The notes: a model not told the origin generated them from the letters alone. Shown: positions 1 through 9,736, counted from the first letter of the stretch. The stretch: DNA of 36,237 bases from Candidatus Babeliales bacterium (GCA_044451405.1 JBIOKB010000006.1:1-36237), one strand, 5' to 3'. Made by a program: numbers and translations.

Positions 1-126
1 ATATAATATTGTATAAAATTTACTTTGAGCTCATTTTGTAAAGCGACAGCAAAACTATTGCCTTTGTCCTGGTTTTTATGCTCCTCTAGAGGTAATAAGG
101 AAAAAATCTAAAGGGAGGTTATATTC

Positions 127-2145
127 ATGTCTTTATGTTCCATTCTATTTCTTATACTCAGCATTATTACATGCCACGAATCTCATGCCGGGGGACTTCC
201 AGCACTTGATAAAAAATATCAGGTTCCCAAGCATGCTACCACTGAAGCTCGCCCTTTAAATCAGTTCCTACCCTTTGGTAGAGGGAGTATGACCACCGTT
301 GAACGGTTAGCTACAACTGCTGATGGCGTTACTAAAGTTCGTAAAACATCCCCTGATGGGAATTATACCCAATGTGAATTTGCTGTAACTAATGTTACTC
401 CTCGTGACGGTACAGGGCCATTCCGTGGTCCCCAATATAGCTGCGCTGAGGGAAGCCTTGTATATGATGGTAACCCCACCAAGTATAGTGGCAGCTATAA
501 CCAACAAAAAAATCAAAGCCATGATGAGTATAATCAAGCAAAAACAGCCTATGAAACATTAATTAATGAATATAACGCACAACCTGCATCAGTTATTGCA
601 CTCGCAAACCAAGAAGCATCAAAGCACGAAAATATACGGTTCACCCTTATGACGTGGAACTGTTATGCATTTCCATCTGATTACACCAATGCATTAAAAG
701 AAGGATCAAAAACAGGTGCGGAAACTAAATCTGCGCTCAAAAATTTTTTTACTCAAGGGCGTGCAACAGTTGATAAATCAGAGGGAATAAATTTACAAGA
801 AGGCGTGCTGCAGGATGTTGGTACTCGTATATCTAATCAAGCTCAAGTAGTTAAACAAGTACATCCTGATGTGGCCTGCTTCCAAGAGTTATGGAAAAAC
901 GATAATAAAGACCAAATGGTCGCTTCATTAAAAGATAAATATCCATACAACTACTTTGAACCTTTCAGCACTAAAGAACAGGCTAATGAAGAACTACAAG
1001 CAGTGGGAAACACCATCAAAACTTTGTTTACTCATCCATCAGATGTGGCAAGCGCAGCAGAAGCACTTAACCCGTTCAAAGTAGACAGCGGATTACTCAT
1101 AGTGTCAAAATTTCCTCTTATTAAACAAGGTTATTTAACCTATGGTGACAAAGCAGGTGACGAAAAAATAGCGAATAAAGGCGCACTTATTGTTTGGTTT
1201 AAAGACCGCAAGAGTAACAACGTATTGCTTGCTACAACTCACTTACAATCGTGGACTGACATTCCCTATGTAACTATACGTAGAAATCAACTTCGTGAGC
1301 TTGGTAAATTAATGAGCAAGCTTGTTAAAGAATGGAACATTCCAAATCCTACATTTGTTGTATGTGGTGACTTTAATGACCCTGTTGTTCTCAAGAATGA
1401 GTGGGTCGATCGCTGTTCACCATGCTGTAATCCTTGGGAAGATGATTGTAAGAAATTGTGTACCTGCTCACCATGTTGTAATCCTGCCAAGCAAAAAGAT
1501 TGTCCTTCATGCCCTCCTATTCCAAAGGGATCAACACTCAGCAAAGATTGTCAGTGGATCTGCAATCTTTATGGTCAACCACCACAGCAACGAGAACCGC
1601 GACGCTTAGTTGATCGTACAGGATACATGACTCAAGCATTCCAAGATAATGGCGTTAATATATCGTATAATGAGGTAACAAATTTATTAATAAAGAAATA
1701 TGGAATTGAAGAACATTTAATAATGGATGAAATAGGCGCAAAAATAATCGTACGCGGGCCAAATGGACAACTACTCCGTACCGTAGATAAGAATTCAACA
1801 AAAGATCCGGTTTGGGCATTTGGTTGGGGAATCGATTTACCTCCTAATGATACAAAGCACCAAAATGTTGTATTAAACTCGGGACTCTGTGAATTCACTC
1901 AACATACATTCAGAATGTGCATCATTGGTCTTGGTGGATGGGTAAATCCGTGGGAAAGTTCTACCGTACGCGATCACATACAACTTATTGATCACATCTT
2001 CCTTCCTCCTACACTCAAGATACTTGAATACCAAATAGAAAGAGAAAAAGCTTTTGGAAACACGCCAACGGTACAAGCTAAAGGATGGGATCCTGCTGTA
2101 GCCATCAGCGACCATGCGCCAGTGTATGTAATTCTTGGTAATTAA
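127..2145 (+). CDS. Secreted endonuclease/exonuclease/phosphatase (EEP) family protein, sphingomyelinase C-like, with Cys-rich insert
   Basis: Signal peptide (...HESHA); EEP motifs in order: TWN, FQELW, DSGL, NKG, THLQS, GDFN, IDHI, SDH; SD GGGAGG upstream. Confidence 0.8.
   Translation: MSLCSILFLILSIITCHESHAGGLPALDKKYQVPKHATTEARPLNQFLPFGRGSMTTVERLATTADGVTKVRKTSPDGNYTQCEFAVTNVTPRDGTGPFRGPQYSCAEGSLVYDGNPTKYSGSYNQQKNQSHDEYNQAKTAYETLINEYNAQPASVIALANQEASKHENIRFTLMTWNCYAFPSDYTNALKEGSKTGAETKSALKNFFTQGRATVDKSEGINLQEGVLQDVGTRISNQAQVVKQVHPDVACFQELWKNDNKDQMVASLKDKYPYNYFEPFSTKEQANEELQAVGNTIKTLFTHPSDVASAAEALNPFKVDSGLLIVSKFPLIKQGYLTYGDKAGDEKIANKGALIVWFKDRKSNNVLLATTHLQSWTDIPYVTIRRNQLRELGKLMSKLVKEWNIPNPTFVVCGDFNDPVVLKNEWVDRCSPCCNPWEDDCKKLCTCSPCCNPAKQKDCPSCPPIPKGSTLSKDCQWICNLYGQPPQQREPRRLVDRTGYMTQAFQDNGVNISYNEVTNLLIKKYGIEEHLIMDEIGAKIIVRGPNGQLLRTVDKNSTKDPVWAFGWGIDLPPNDTKHQNVVLNSGLCEFTQHTFRMCIIGLGGWVNPWESSTVRDHIQLIDHIFLPPTLKILEYQIEREKAFGNTPTVQAKGWDPAVAISDHAPVYVILGN
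1414..1485 (+). repeat. Intragenic duplication encoding CSPCCNP twice
   Basis: tgttcaccatgctgtaatcct (1414-1434) and tgctcaccatgttgtaatcct (1465-1485), 51 nt apart. Confidence 0.85.
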
Positions 2146-2155
2146 AGGAACTCGT

Positions 2156-2695
2156 ATGAAAGCGGTTGTCGTTGCTATCATTTCTCTAACAGTTGGACTG
2201 AGTGTTGGCAGCATCTTTTATTATCATGCACCCTTTTACACGCCAGCAAAAAAAGCGGTTGCCCTTATTAATCCAACCAAAGGGAACAGCGTTGATGGTG
2301 TAGTAACCTTTACCAAAGAGTCACGTGGCATACGCATTGTTGCTGATATTCATAATCTAACACCTGGTGAACATGGATTTCATATCCATGAGTGGGGTGC
2401 ATGTAATTGTGATGATGCAGTATGCGCCGGTGATCATTTTAATCCAACACATACACGTCACGGAGCACGGGAAAATAAAGAGCGACATGTTGGTGATTTA
2501 GGAAACATTAAAGCTGATGAACTGGGTAACGCTCGTCTGGATGTCATAGATACGGTTATAACGTTAAACGGGCCACAGAGTATTATTGGACGTTCAGTGA
2601 TTATTCATGAAAAAGCAGATGATGGAAAAACGCAGCCGACGGGAAATGCAGGCAAACGAGTTGCGTGTGGGGTGGTTGGTATAGCGCGGAGTTAA
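2156..2695 (+). CDS. sodC: Cu/Zn superoxide dismutase with N-terminal signal/anchor
   Basis: HGFHIHE, AGDHFNP, RHVGDLGN, IIHEKADD, GNAGKRVACG; ATG at 2156 after AAGGA. Confidence 0.95.
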   Translation: MKAVVVAIISLTVGLSVGSIFYYHAPFYTPAKKAVALINPTKGNSVDGVVTFTKESRGIRIVADIHNLTPGEHGFHIHEWGACNCDDAVCAGDHFNPTHTRHGARENKERHVGDLGNIKADELGNARLDVIDTVITLNGPQSIIGRSVIIHEKADDGKTQPTGNAGKRVACGVVGIARS

Positions 2696-2714
2696 TAAGA
2701 AAATATACGCTTGT

Positions 2715-2763
2715 GCCCGTCTACGCTTATCCGGGCCTTCAAGCTCGGCAAGCTACGCCGGGC
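2715..2763. repeat. Dispersed multi-stem palindromic element, copy A (overlaps stop codon of 2739..3932)
   Basis: gcccgtctacgcttatccgggccttcaagctcggcaagctacgccgggc; matches copies at 6122, 13111-13233, 23616, 28102. Confidence 0.9.
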
Positions 2764-3932
2764 TGACGCCAGTATTGATAGCCAAGATATGAAAGAGTAG
2801 CAACCACTGCTACTGCTGCAAAAATGCGCCAGTATGAAAAGCGCTTTGGTTGTTGCAGTACTGGTCGTGGTTGTTTATCCCTAAAATAGTCGGCAATATC
2901 AATGGTATTTTTTAGTTGTTCTCGAACACGATCTTCTAGATATTGTTTCGGAGAAACTTCAACTCCCTTTGTTTTAGAAGCCTTATAACCAAGTCGTTTT
3001 AACACTTGAGAAATCTTTTTGATATGGACTGCGCCAGCACATACAAAAATAACCTTAGCTTTGCTATTAGCTATATGATGGGCTATACGACACTCTAATA
3101 CATTACTTAATGCATCATAAGATTTATCTAGATTCCTAGCAACATCAGACGCATTATTTTTTAATTCTTCTTCCAAAATTCTTCTTGTCACATGTGAAAA
3201 AGTTTTTTCATAACACATCACATTCTTTTTTCCATCTTGTGCAATATTATATTCTATCGTACTAAGTATATGATTAAGAATATTCATATCATCTGCTGAT
3301 AAAGTTGAAGCATAATAATCTTTTAGTTTTGCATCGTTATAGCTACTAACTTCAGTCAATACGCCTCTTAATTCAGTAATCACTTCTTTAAGACGTGGGT
3401 ATGGCCCCTGTGTCGGTTCAATCCGTTCAGCAGGCTTTAACATCGTTTGATCCTGACCGTTTTTTCCCCTTAACAATACTTCTCCATAACAAATATCTGG
3501 AGATAAATAATGGCGAAACTCAACATTAATACATTTAATACTTCTATTGTTGCATGCCTTAGTTATACCCATTAATGGTGATATAGGTATACAAGAATTG
3601 CCTGATCTCTCTCGCATTTGTCTTTTAAGGGGTTCTTCCTGTGCATTACTTGCTTCAACTGATTCTCGTAATACACCCGAACATTCATATAGATCTTCCA
3701 CTATAAGCGTTGCTTGTCTATCTTGTGCTGCAACAATAATATCTTCTCGCTGCTTATCAGTTATTTTTTGATTTTCATAATCACCATGCATATCAGATAA
3801 ACAAATAACTATATCTTTACCATCAGCAGCGTCTTTGTCCCATTCTTCAAGCTTGTAAAAAACAGCATGCGTAGATGATGCTCCTAGGAGCATGCAGAGC
3901 GTAATAAGAAATGTAGTGAAACGGATGTTCAT
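2739..3932 (-). CDS. Secreted protein with C-terminal membrane anchor, possible TraB/ChaN/EreA/Tiki-like fold
   Basis: Signal peptide (...SSTHA); motifs ICLSDMH, LIVED, VEFR, VCAGAVH; C-terminal hydrophobic helix followed by YLGYQYWR. Confidence 0.55.
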   Translation of the reverse strand: MNIRFTTFLITLCMLLGASSTHAVFYKLEEWDKDAADGKDIVICLSDMHGDYENQKITDKQREDIIVAAQDRQATLIVEDLYECSGVLRESVEASNAQEEPLKRQMRERSGNSCIPISPLMGITKACNNRSIKCINVEFRHYLSPDICYGEVLLRGKNGQDQTMLKPAERIEPTQGPYPRLKEVITELRGVLTEVSSYNDAKLKDYYASTLSADDMNILNHILSTIEYNIAQDGKKNVMCYEKTFSHVTRRILEEELKNNASDVARNLDKSYDALSNVLECRIAHHIANSKAKVIFVCAGAVHIKKISQVLKRLGYKASKTKGVEVSPKQYLEDRVREQLKNTIDIADYFRDKQPRPVLQQPKRFSYWRIFAAVAVVATLSYLGYQYWRQPGVACRA

Positions 3933-4030
3933 TAAATACCCCCATACTTTGGATCTTAAACCATCTATTTTCAGGTTAGCAGGTTATGGGTATTTAACAA
4001 CCGGTCGGCTAAATCGATATATCGGACGAT

Positions 4031-4459
4031 TTATAGGGTTGGCGCGAGTAGGTAAGCAATGACTGCAGCCAAGAAGTTACTTACGGCCACGATAACGATA
4101 AGCCGAGCCCTATTGGAGGTATAAACCAGGGAAAGGAGCATAAAAAAGAGTATTTGAAGAACTGCATAGATAAAGCCCAGGTACATACTTGCCCACCAGG
4201 AGCTTGGGACCTGAATCCGCTCCTGGGCAATTGTATAATCAATCTGCGTATCAGGGACCAACCAGGCTATGATAAACCCATATATAAACCAGGCAAAGAT
4301 AATGGAACCAACTGCATTCACCAGGGTTGGGATCCATGACATACGCCCTACTCTTTTTAGAAGCATGACCATGAAGAGGAGTAAGAAGAGAATATGATAG
4401 AAGCCCCAGGTAACAGACCATAGCCATTCAGTTATTAAAAAATCGCAGAATGTATTCAT
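4031..4459 (-). CDS. Hypothetical four-helix membrane protein, translationally coupled to the MCE gene
   Basis: Four hydrophobic segments; start overlaps upstream stop at 4459. Confidence 0.7.
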   Translation of the reverse strand: MNTFCDFLITEWLWSVTWGFYHILFLLLFMVMLLKRVGRMSWIPTLVNAVGSIIFAWFIYGFIIAWLVPDTQIDYTIAQERIQVPSSWWASMYLGFIYAVLQILFFMLLSLVYTSNRARLIVIVAVSNFLAAVIAYLLAPTL

Positions 4460-6099
4460 TACGTCACCACATAGTAATAACCAGGAACACCAGCAGCGCC
4501 AAGACCACCACCAGCACTTTGCATGAGATACTTAGCATTATCATCGCCAAAGCGGAGACCCATACCAAAGAACGCGTTTGCGTTGTTACGGCTCACAAAA
4601 TCATCTGCACCAAAGGTGACATAGATATTGTTCATCACATACATACGGTTAATCCATTTCAAGTGCGGACGTTCGTCGTCTCTACGGTTCCAACCAGCCC
4701 AATCAAAGATTTCAAAGCTGGTAACCCAACGGAATCGCTCTGAGCGTACAGGAATATCAAAGTCTATACCCATACCACCAGAACCTTCAAAGAGTCCAAA
4801 GCGTAATGCTATATCTTTAAATATTTTACCAATCTGTGCATCAAGTTTGAGTGTGTTACGAATAAAGAGATCGCGCTGTTGTGTGTATACATCTTGCAAC
4901 TTTGTTTTGTCATCAAGGTCTAATACTGATGCATCAATTGGTCGCTCATCACCAGCAGTACCAACAAGGGTGTAGCTCTTTTGTACTTTATAACGCTCTG
5001 CCCAACCCTTAAGTGATGATACCACACCAACCATATAGAAATAGTCTTCATCAGGATGGATACGCACATCAAGATAGAATTTCTGATCGTTACGCGTATA
5101 GTTTTCTGCCACCTTACCCATAAACTCACTATGGCCGTCAAGCACTACTTGGAGTTTATCGACACTTGAGAAGTAGCTCTTAAGACCAGACACCGCAACT
5201 TTTAAGTCTTTGTACGTTTCATCATCGTTGACCAACTTACCAATGAGACCTTTTCCTTCATCAATCTTATGTGCAACAGCACCGATACTTGAGAATCCTT
5301 CACGTGCTTGCAGTGACGCTTCTTCAAGTGCTGAAGCAGTTGCTGTTAAAGTAGTAGCAACACGGTCAAAATCACGATCAAATGATTCAGAAATTCTTTC
5401 AATGCTTGTTTTTACTGACGGTAAAATATCATTTTCTAATTTATCAGTGACCCGTCTGATATCAGTACCAAGACTTAAAATGGCATCGATACCATCACTA
5501 TTTTTTGCAAATGAACGATCAAGTACTTCAGAGAATGATGCCATATGCTCAGCAGTGTAATTTAAATTATTAATAATAGATTTGAGTTGTTCTTTGCCTG
5601 ACTCTCCACCCATGACATCTTTGAGTGAATCGGTAATTTCCTCAACGTTGGTTGAGATATTTTTAAACTTATGCAGTAAATCATCAACTGATACGGGCGC
5701 CACACCTGGTTTATTTAAGGTATCTCCATACGCAAGCTTTGGTAACATTGGATCACCAGGTGCTATTTCAAGGTATTTTGGTCCTAACAACCCTTCTTGA
5801 CGTACGACCGCATGTGCATTGTTATAGAGCGTATAATGCTTGCTTACCATCACGTCCGCTTTTGCTTTCATCTGGTGATCGCTGATGAGCTCAATTTTTT
5901 CAACCCAACCAACTTTTACACCCGCAATTTTTACTTCAGCTTTGCGCGTTAATCCTGAGATATCATTAAAGTACATGGTGTAGTTTGCATAGTTTGATCG
6001 ATCAAACCGGAATGCTCCAATTTGAAAACCCATGTAACAGAATATGGCAAGCGCGGCTAAAACAAATAAGCCTACACGTGTTTCTAATTTACCTTGCAA
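4459..6099 (-). CDS. MCE/MlaD family protein with long helical region and C-terminal beta-strand-rich domain
   Basis: ETRVGLFV TM segment, FNDISGL...AEVKIAGVKVG, GLLGPKYLEI; GKGLIGKLVND; TTG start after AGGGG. Confidence 0.88.
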   Translation of the reverse strand: MQGKLETRVGLFVLAALAIFCYMGFQIGAFRFDRSNYANYTMYFNDISGLTRKAEVKIAGVKVGWVEKIELISDHQMKAKADVMVSKHYTLYNNAHAVVRQEGLLGPKYLEIAPGDPMLPKLAYGDTLNKPGVAPVSVDDLLHKFKNISTNVEEITDSLKDVMGGESGKEQLKSIINNLNYTAEHMASFSEVLDRSFAKNSDGIDAILSLGTDIRRVTDKLENDILPSVKTSIERISESFDRDFDRVATTLTATASALEEASLQAREGFSSIGAVAHKIDEGKGLIGKLVNDDETYKDLKVAVSGLKSYFSSVDKLQVVLDGHSEFMGKVAENYTRNDQKFYLDVRIHPDEDYFYMVGVVSSLKGWAERYKVQKSYTLVGTAGDERPIDASVLDLDDKTKLQDVYTQQRDLFIRNTLKLDAQIGKIFKDIALRFGLFEGSGGMGIDFDIPVRSERFRWVTSFEIFDWAGWNRRDDERPHLKWINRMYVMNNIYVTFGADDFVSRNNANAFFGMGLRFGDDNAKYLMQSAGGGLGAAGVPGYYYVVT

Positions 6100-6121
6100 C
6101 GTCGTCCCCTTGCTGCGCGCA

Positions 6122-6172
6122 CCTTGTCCGCCGAAGTTTGCCGAGCTGAGCGCCCGGATAAACGTAGGAGGA
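6122..6172. repeat. Dispersed multi-stem palindromic element, copy B (gspK-MCE intergenic)
   Basis: ccttgtccgccgaagtttgccgagctgagcgcccggataaacgtaggagga; reverse complement match to copy A. Confidence 0.9.
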
Positions 6173-6198
6173 AGCGCATTATTTTAGCATGATTCATA

Positions 6199-7305
6199 TC
6201 ACAGCCAATACACTTTTTTCATTGTTACGACAACACCACGCTGAGCATCTTCAGATGCTGGTTTAAGCTCAATTATTGCTAATAATGTTTGTGTTATTTT
6301 GCCAACGCTCGCATAAGATAGCACAGAGAATGTCGTTGGTTCAAATGTTGGATTAAGCATAGCCATAATAGTTTGCGGCAATGCATTACTATCTTTGTCG
6401 TAGAGCGGTTTTAATTGCTGCTTCCAGTCTGCTGGCCACTGCGCTACGCGTTTAAAATTTTTTACTAATTCAGATATACGTTCTTTACTCATTTCATTAC
6501 TTTCTGCTCGTTTTAAATCAAATAAGGCGCACAATGAATCGGATAGTAACCACGGTTGTAGTTGTTCCTTTGCCGACCATACGGTAAAAATATCAGTTAA
6601 ATATAACGTGCGCTGCTCCTTTTTTTGCGATGATTCTGCTAGTGGCGGTTGATACCATACTCGATCCTTTTTAAAAGCTTCTTTAAAAGCTTTAATAAGC
6701 CACAGCTCAGAAGCATCGTTCACCATATACTGCCTGTCTTTCAAAAATTTTTCAAATCCAACAAATAAATCTTTTGCATGTAATTTCTTTTCTATACGCG
6801 TAAACAGCTCCTGCATGATCTTTTTGTAATCACCTTGTGCATTGCCTTCACCAACAAATTTACGTTTTTCAAAATCGTACATCTTATTAATATTAATTTT
6901 TCCGTCCTCACATACGATGCAGAGCTTTAATTGCGCGTTAATACCCTCGCGCTCTTTTGTTAATGTGATTGTTTGCCAACGATTTTTTATGGGCAGCAAT
7001 GCGCTTAATAAATCTTTTGCAACGGCATCTTGCGATGTAGCTGGTGAGCTTGCTGCTTTCGTTTTATCAGCTTGCTGTTGCGCAGAAGTTTCTTTTTTCT
7101 TAGGCGTAGCTGCGGCAGCTAACTGACTCATTGCAATTTGAACACCACCAAATGCAAGTGCACGTGCTTGATAGCGATCAACAACCATATGTGCATACGG
7201 GAAATAAACTCTGCTTTTATGCGTAAGATACGTAACCAACACCACTGAAACCGAAATAATCATTAACGTTACTATCATGATGTATGCAGGAACTATGCGC
7301 TTCAT
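6199..7305 (-). CDS. gspK: Type II secretion minor pseudopilin GspK-like
   Basis: N-terminal hydrophobic helix lacking Glu5, QARALAFGG, EDGKININ motif, last in the pseudopilin run. Confidence 0.8.
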   Translation of the reverse strand: MKRIVPAYIMIVTLMIISVSVVLVTYLTHKSRVYFPYAHMVVDRYQARALAFGGVQIAMSQLAAAATPKKKETSAQQQADKTKAASSPATSQDAVAKDLLSALLPIKNRWQTITLTKEREGINAQLKLCIVCEDGKININKMYDFEKRKFVGEGNAQGDYKKIMQELFTRIEKKLHAKDLFVGFEKFLKDRQYMVNDASELWLIKAFKEAFKKDRVWYQPPLAESSQKKEQRTLYLTDIFTVWSAKEQLQPWLLSDSLCALFDLKRAESNEMSKERISELVKNFKRVAQWPADWKQQLKPLYDKDSNALPQTIMAMLNPTFEPTTFSVLSYASVGKITQTLLAIIELKPASEDAQRGVVVTMKKVYWL

Positions 7306-8333
7306 GACGTTCCTCCACGAATATTCCCAACATAAGTTCTAATTGCTGAAGGTGTACGATCAAGAGCGCTGCCTCTCGCATTATACGTTGTTTGGCGCTT
7401 TCCACCACCTTGAGTTCCGGGGGCTCCAGGTTGCTGTGTTTGCTGCGGCTGTTGCGGTGTTATTGAAGTCTGCTGTTTCTCTTGTTCATATTCAACTGCT
7501 TCATTAAGCACCATAATTTTGAAACTGACTTTGTGTTCACGTTCTTTGCGATCATCCCAAAGCACACAATCAATATCAACGGCATACGGAATTTTTGTGT
7601 ACTCTTTGTACTGCTTTTCTTGTTCCTCTTCCATTACCCATTCGTTAAGCACTTTGTATTCTCGTTCAATAGACGCGCCCTCTGCTGTGTTCGCTTTAGC
7701 CGAGGTGGGTTGTTCTTTTTTCTCTTTGAGCTCTTTATTAATAGCTGCTGTATACGCCACACTTAACTTTTTTACATTCCCGATCAATGCATACGCACGC
7801 ACACCACCTTCTTTTTGTTCAGAATTGAAATCATTGAAATCCAGCTTGGATCCTGATTCTTGGCGCATTAACACATATGACGGTTTTTTAGGATTAAATG
7901 GTGATTCGGGCACTAAGCGATACGCTACGCGCACAACGCCAAGCGGATATTCTAATGTACTGTTATTGGTGATACAGGTGAGCACGTTTAATTGTTCATC
8001 TTTTGTGGTGCCGTAAAAAATTTTGGTCAGACGTTTTTTTTCTTTTTTTGCTTCGGGAAGTTTTGATTGCGCTTCTTTTTTAACTTTTTCATCCTCTTTG
8101 GTCCCAGCTGAAGATTTTTTCTTCCGTCCTTGTGTAGGAATAAACGCACCTGAAATATCTTTTGTTAGTTGATGTATCGCAACTGTTTCTTTGTACGAAA
8201 CATCAACCATTCTATCAATCGTTTGCACTGCTCGATTGGTTTGTCCAAAAGCAGCAAAAAGCGCTATGGCGAGCATAGAAGAAATAAGCATTGAAACTAA
8301 CAGCTCAAGCAACATAAATCCCGGGCTTTTCAT
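7302..8333 (-). CDS. gspJ: Type II secretion minor pseudopilin GspJ-like
   Basis: Prepilin site G|FMLLELLVS, QLTKDI, RVAYRL; position between gspI and gspK. Confidence 0.75.
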   Translation of the reverse strand: MKSPGFMLLELLVSMLISSMLAIALFAAFGQTNRAVQTIDRMVDVSYKETVAIHQLTKDISGAFIPTQGRKKKSSAGTKEDEKVKKEAQSKLPEAKKEKKRLTKIFYGTTKDEQLNVLTCITNNSTLEYPLGVVRVAYRLVPESPFNPKKPSYVLMRQESGSKLDFNDFNSEQKEGGVRAYALIGNVKKLSVAYTAAINKELKEKKEQPTSAKANTAEGASIEREYKVLNEWVMEEEQEKQYKEYTKIPYAVDIDCVLWDDRKEREHKVSFKIMVLNEAVEYEQEKQQTSITPQQPQQTQQPGAPGTQGGGKRQTTYNARGSALDRTPSAIRTYVGNIRGGTS

Positions 8334-8785
8334 TTTGGCACCTGTTTTGTTGCTGGTGGTGTAGAGGGTTTTTTCTCTTGTTTTGGTTTCTCTGGCTTAT
8401 ACAAAAACGTAACTAACGCATCAGTGCGCTTAATTTTATCTTCATGCCAGGTTAACGTTACCCGCTGCACATACAAATCAGGATATTTTTTGAGTGGTGA
8501 ATCATCAGAGACTTTTTTAGCGTCAAAAACCATCTGTGTTTGAGGAAATGGCATCTGTTTCTCAAGATGCACATCTTTTGTTTCTTTTAATGCAGTAATT
8601 GCTGATTCTTGTAAAAAAAGATCCGCATATATCATACGTTGCACATAACGGGTTAAGCGTGAGACATGGTACACCATGCTTCCTTGGGCGATAAAAATAG
8701 GTGTAAGCACCGTAGCCATAATAGCCAATGCTACGAGTGTCTCAATTAAGGTGAAGCCACTATACTTAGTGTTGAAACGTATCAT
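8330..8785 (-). CDS. gspI: Type II secretion minor pseudopilin GspI-like
   Basis: G|FTLIETLVALAI; size and position. Confidence 0.75.
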   Translation of the reverse strand: MIRFNTKYSGFTLIETLVALAIMATVLTPIFIAQGSMVYHVSRLTRYVQRMIYADLFLQESAITALKETKDVHLEKQMPFPQTQMVFDAKKVSDDSPLKKYPDLYVQRVTLTWHEDKIKRTDALVTFLYKPEKPKQEKKPSTPPATKQVPK

Positions 8786-9326
8786 ATTCTTTAAACAGCG
8801 CCGAAAATGGATTTAACACTAGACCTATCTGCCGCGGTTTTCCTGCAAAGCGATCTTTGGTATCGATCATATTAATAACAACCGGCTGTGCGCGTCCTTC
8901 AGGATAGACAAAATACCAGACTTCATGTGCTTGCCCGCTTGTATATTTGCCTATTTCATCAAAACCTTCGATGTAAAAATTACGTACATCAAGATTTTTG
9001 GGCCACGAAAATGAGGTCACCGTGTACGCTCCTTTAACTGGCACAAACAATGGTTCACCTTTATCATCCCGATCATCAGATTCAACCTGCAAAAACACCT
9101 TGCGTCGGCCGAGATCAAAATGAACTTTATGTATTTTATGTGTGGTTATCGCCTTTTGCCACGCCATGTTTGAAAGTGCATTAAGATTGCGCACACACTG
9201 TTGACGTTCATAGTAAGGCTTACGTTGCCAGAGATTAGGAACAACAACGGTTGCCACAATCATAATAATGACTATGACAACCAGTATTTCAATCAACGTA
9301 AATCCAGCTTTAGAGATTCCAAACAC
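8766..9326 (-). CDS. gspH: Type II secretion minor pseudopilin GspH-like
   Basis: G|FTLIEILVVIVI, FVYPEG motif; GTG start at 9326 after GGAG preferred over the ORF-track start 9383. Confidence 0.75.
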   Translation of the reverse strand: MFGISKAGFTLIEILVVIVIIMIVATVVVPNLWQRKPYYERQQCVRNLNALSNMAWQKAITTHKIHKVHFDLGRRKVFLQVESDDRDDKGEPLFVPVKGAYTVTSFSWPKNLDVRNFYIEGFDEIGKYTSGQAHEVWYFVYPEGRAQPVVINMIDTKDRFAGKPRQIGLVLNPFSALFKEYDTFQH

Positions 9327-9726
9327 TAATTCTCTCCGCCTTTGGCGCACTCTTACCTTTTGGTCCATAGGAGTAAAGTTCATACGGATGTTCTTGATCA
9401 GGTGTTAACTGATACTGATATTTATTGCCCCACGGATCATTTAAACTTTTTTCATCTTTGATGTATGCAACAACCCAATTTTTGGCAAGCTCTTCATTTA
9501 CCGGTCTGCGTACTAAATCTTTTAATGATTCAGGATACGCACCCGTATCGGCATTAAATAAATCGATTTGCCCGTGTAACGTGCGTAATGATGTTTTGGC
9601 AGTAGAAATACGGCTTTTTTGTACAGCTCCCATCAAATATGGCCCAACTGTTGCTGCAAGAATGGCCAAAATCGCAAACACGATCAAGATTTCTATAAGT
9701 GTAAAACCACTCTGTGTATGTTTCAT
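9310..9726 (-). CDS. gspG: Type II secretion major pseudopilin GspG
   Basis: G|FTLIEIL, DTGAYP, DPWGNKYQY, LYSYGPKG; ATG at 9726 after GAGG. Confidence 0.92.
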   Translation of the reverse strand: MKHTQSGFTLIEILIVFAILAILAATVGPYLMGAVQKSRISTAKTSLRTLHGQIDLFNADTGAYPESLKDLVRRPVNEELAKNWVVAYIKDEKSLNDPWGNKYQYQLTPDQEHPYELYSYGPKGKSAPKAERISVWNL

Positions 9727-9736
9727 AATATCCTCT

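Noticed and set aside
9327-9383. Long N-terminal extension of GspH (and of GspG to 9804) in the ORF track
   Set aside because: Downstream starts with good SDs give normal short prepilin leaders
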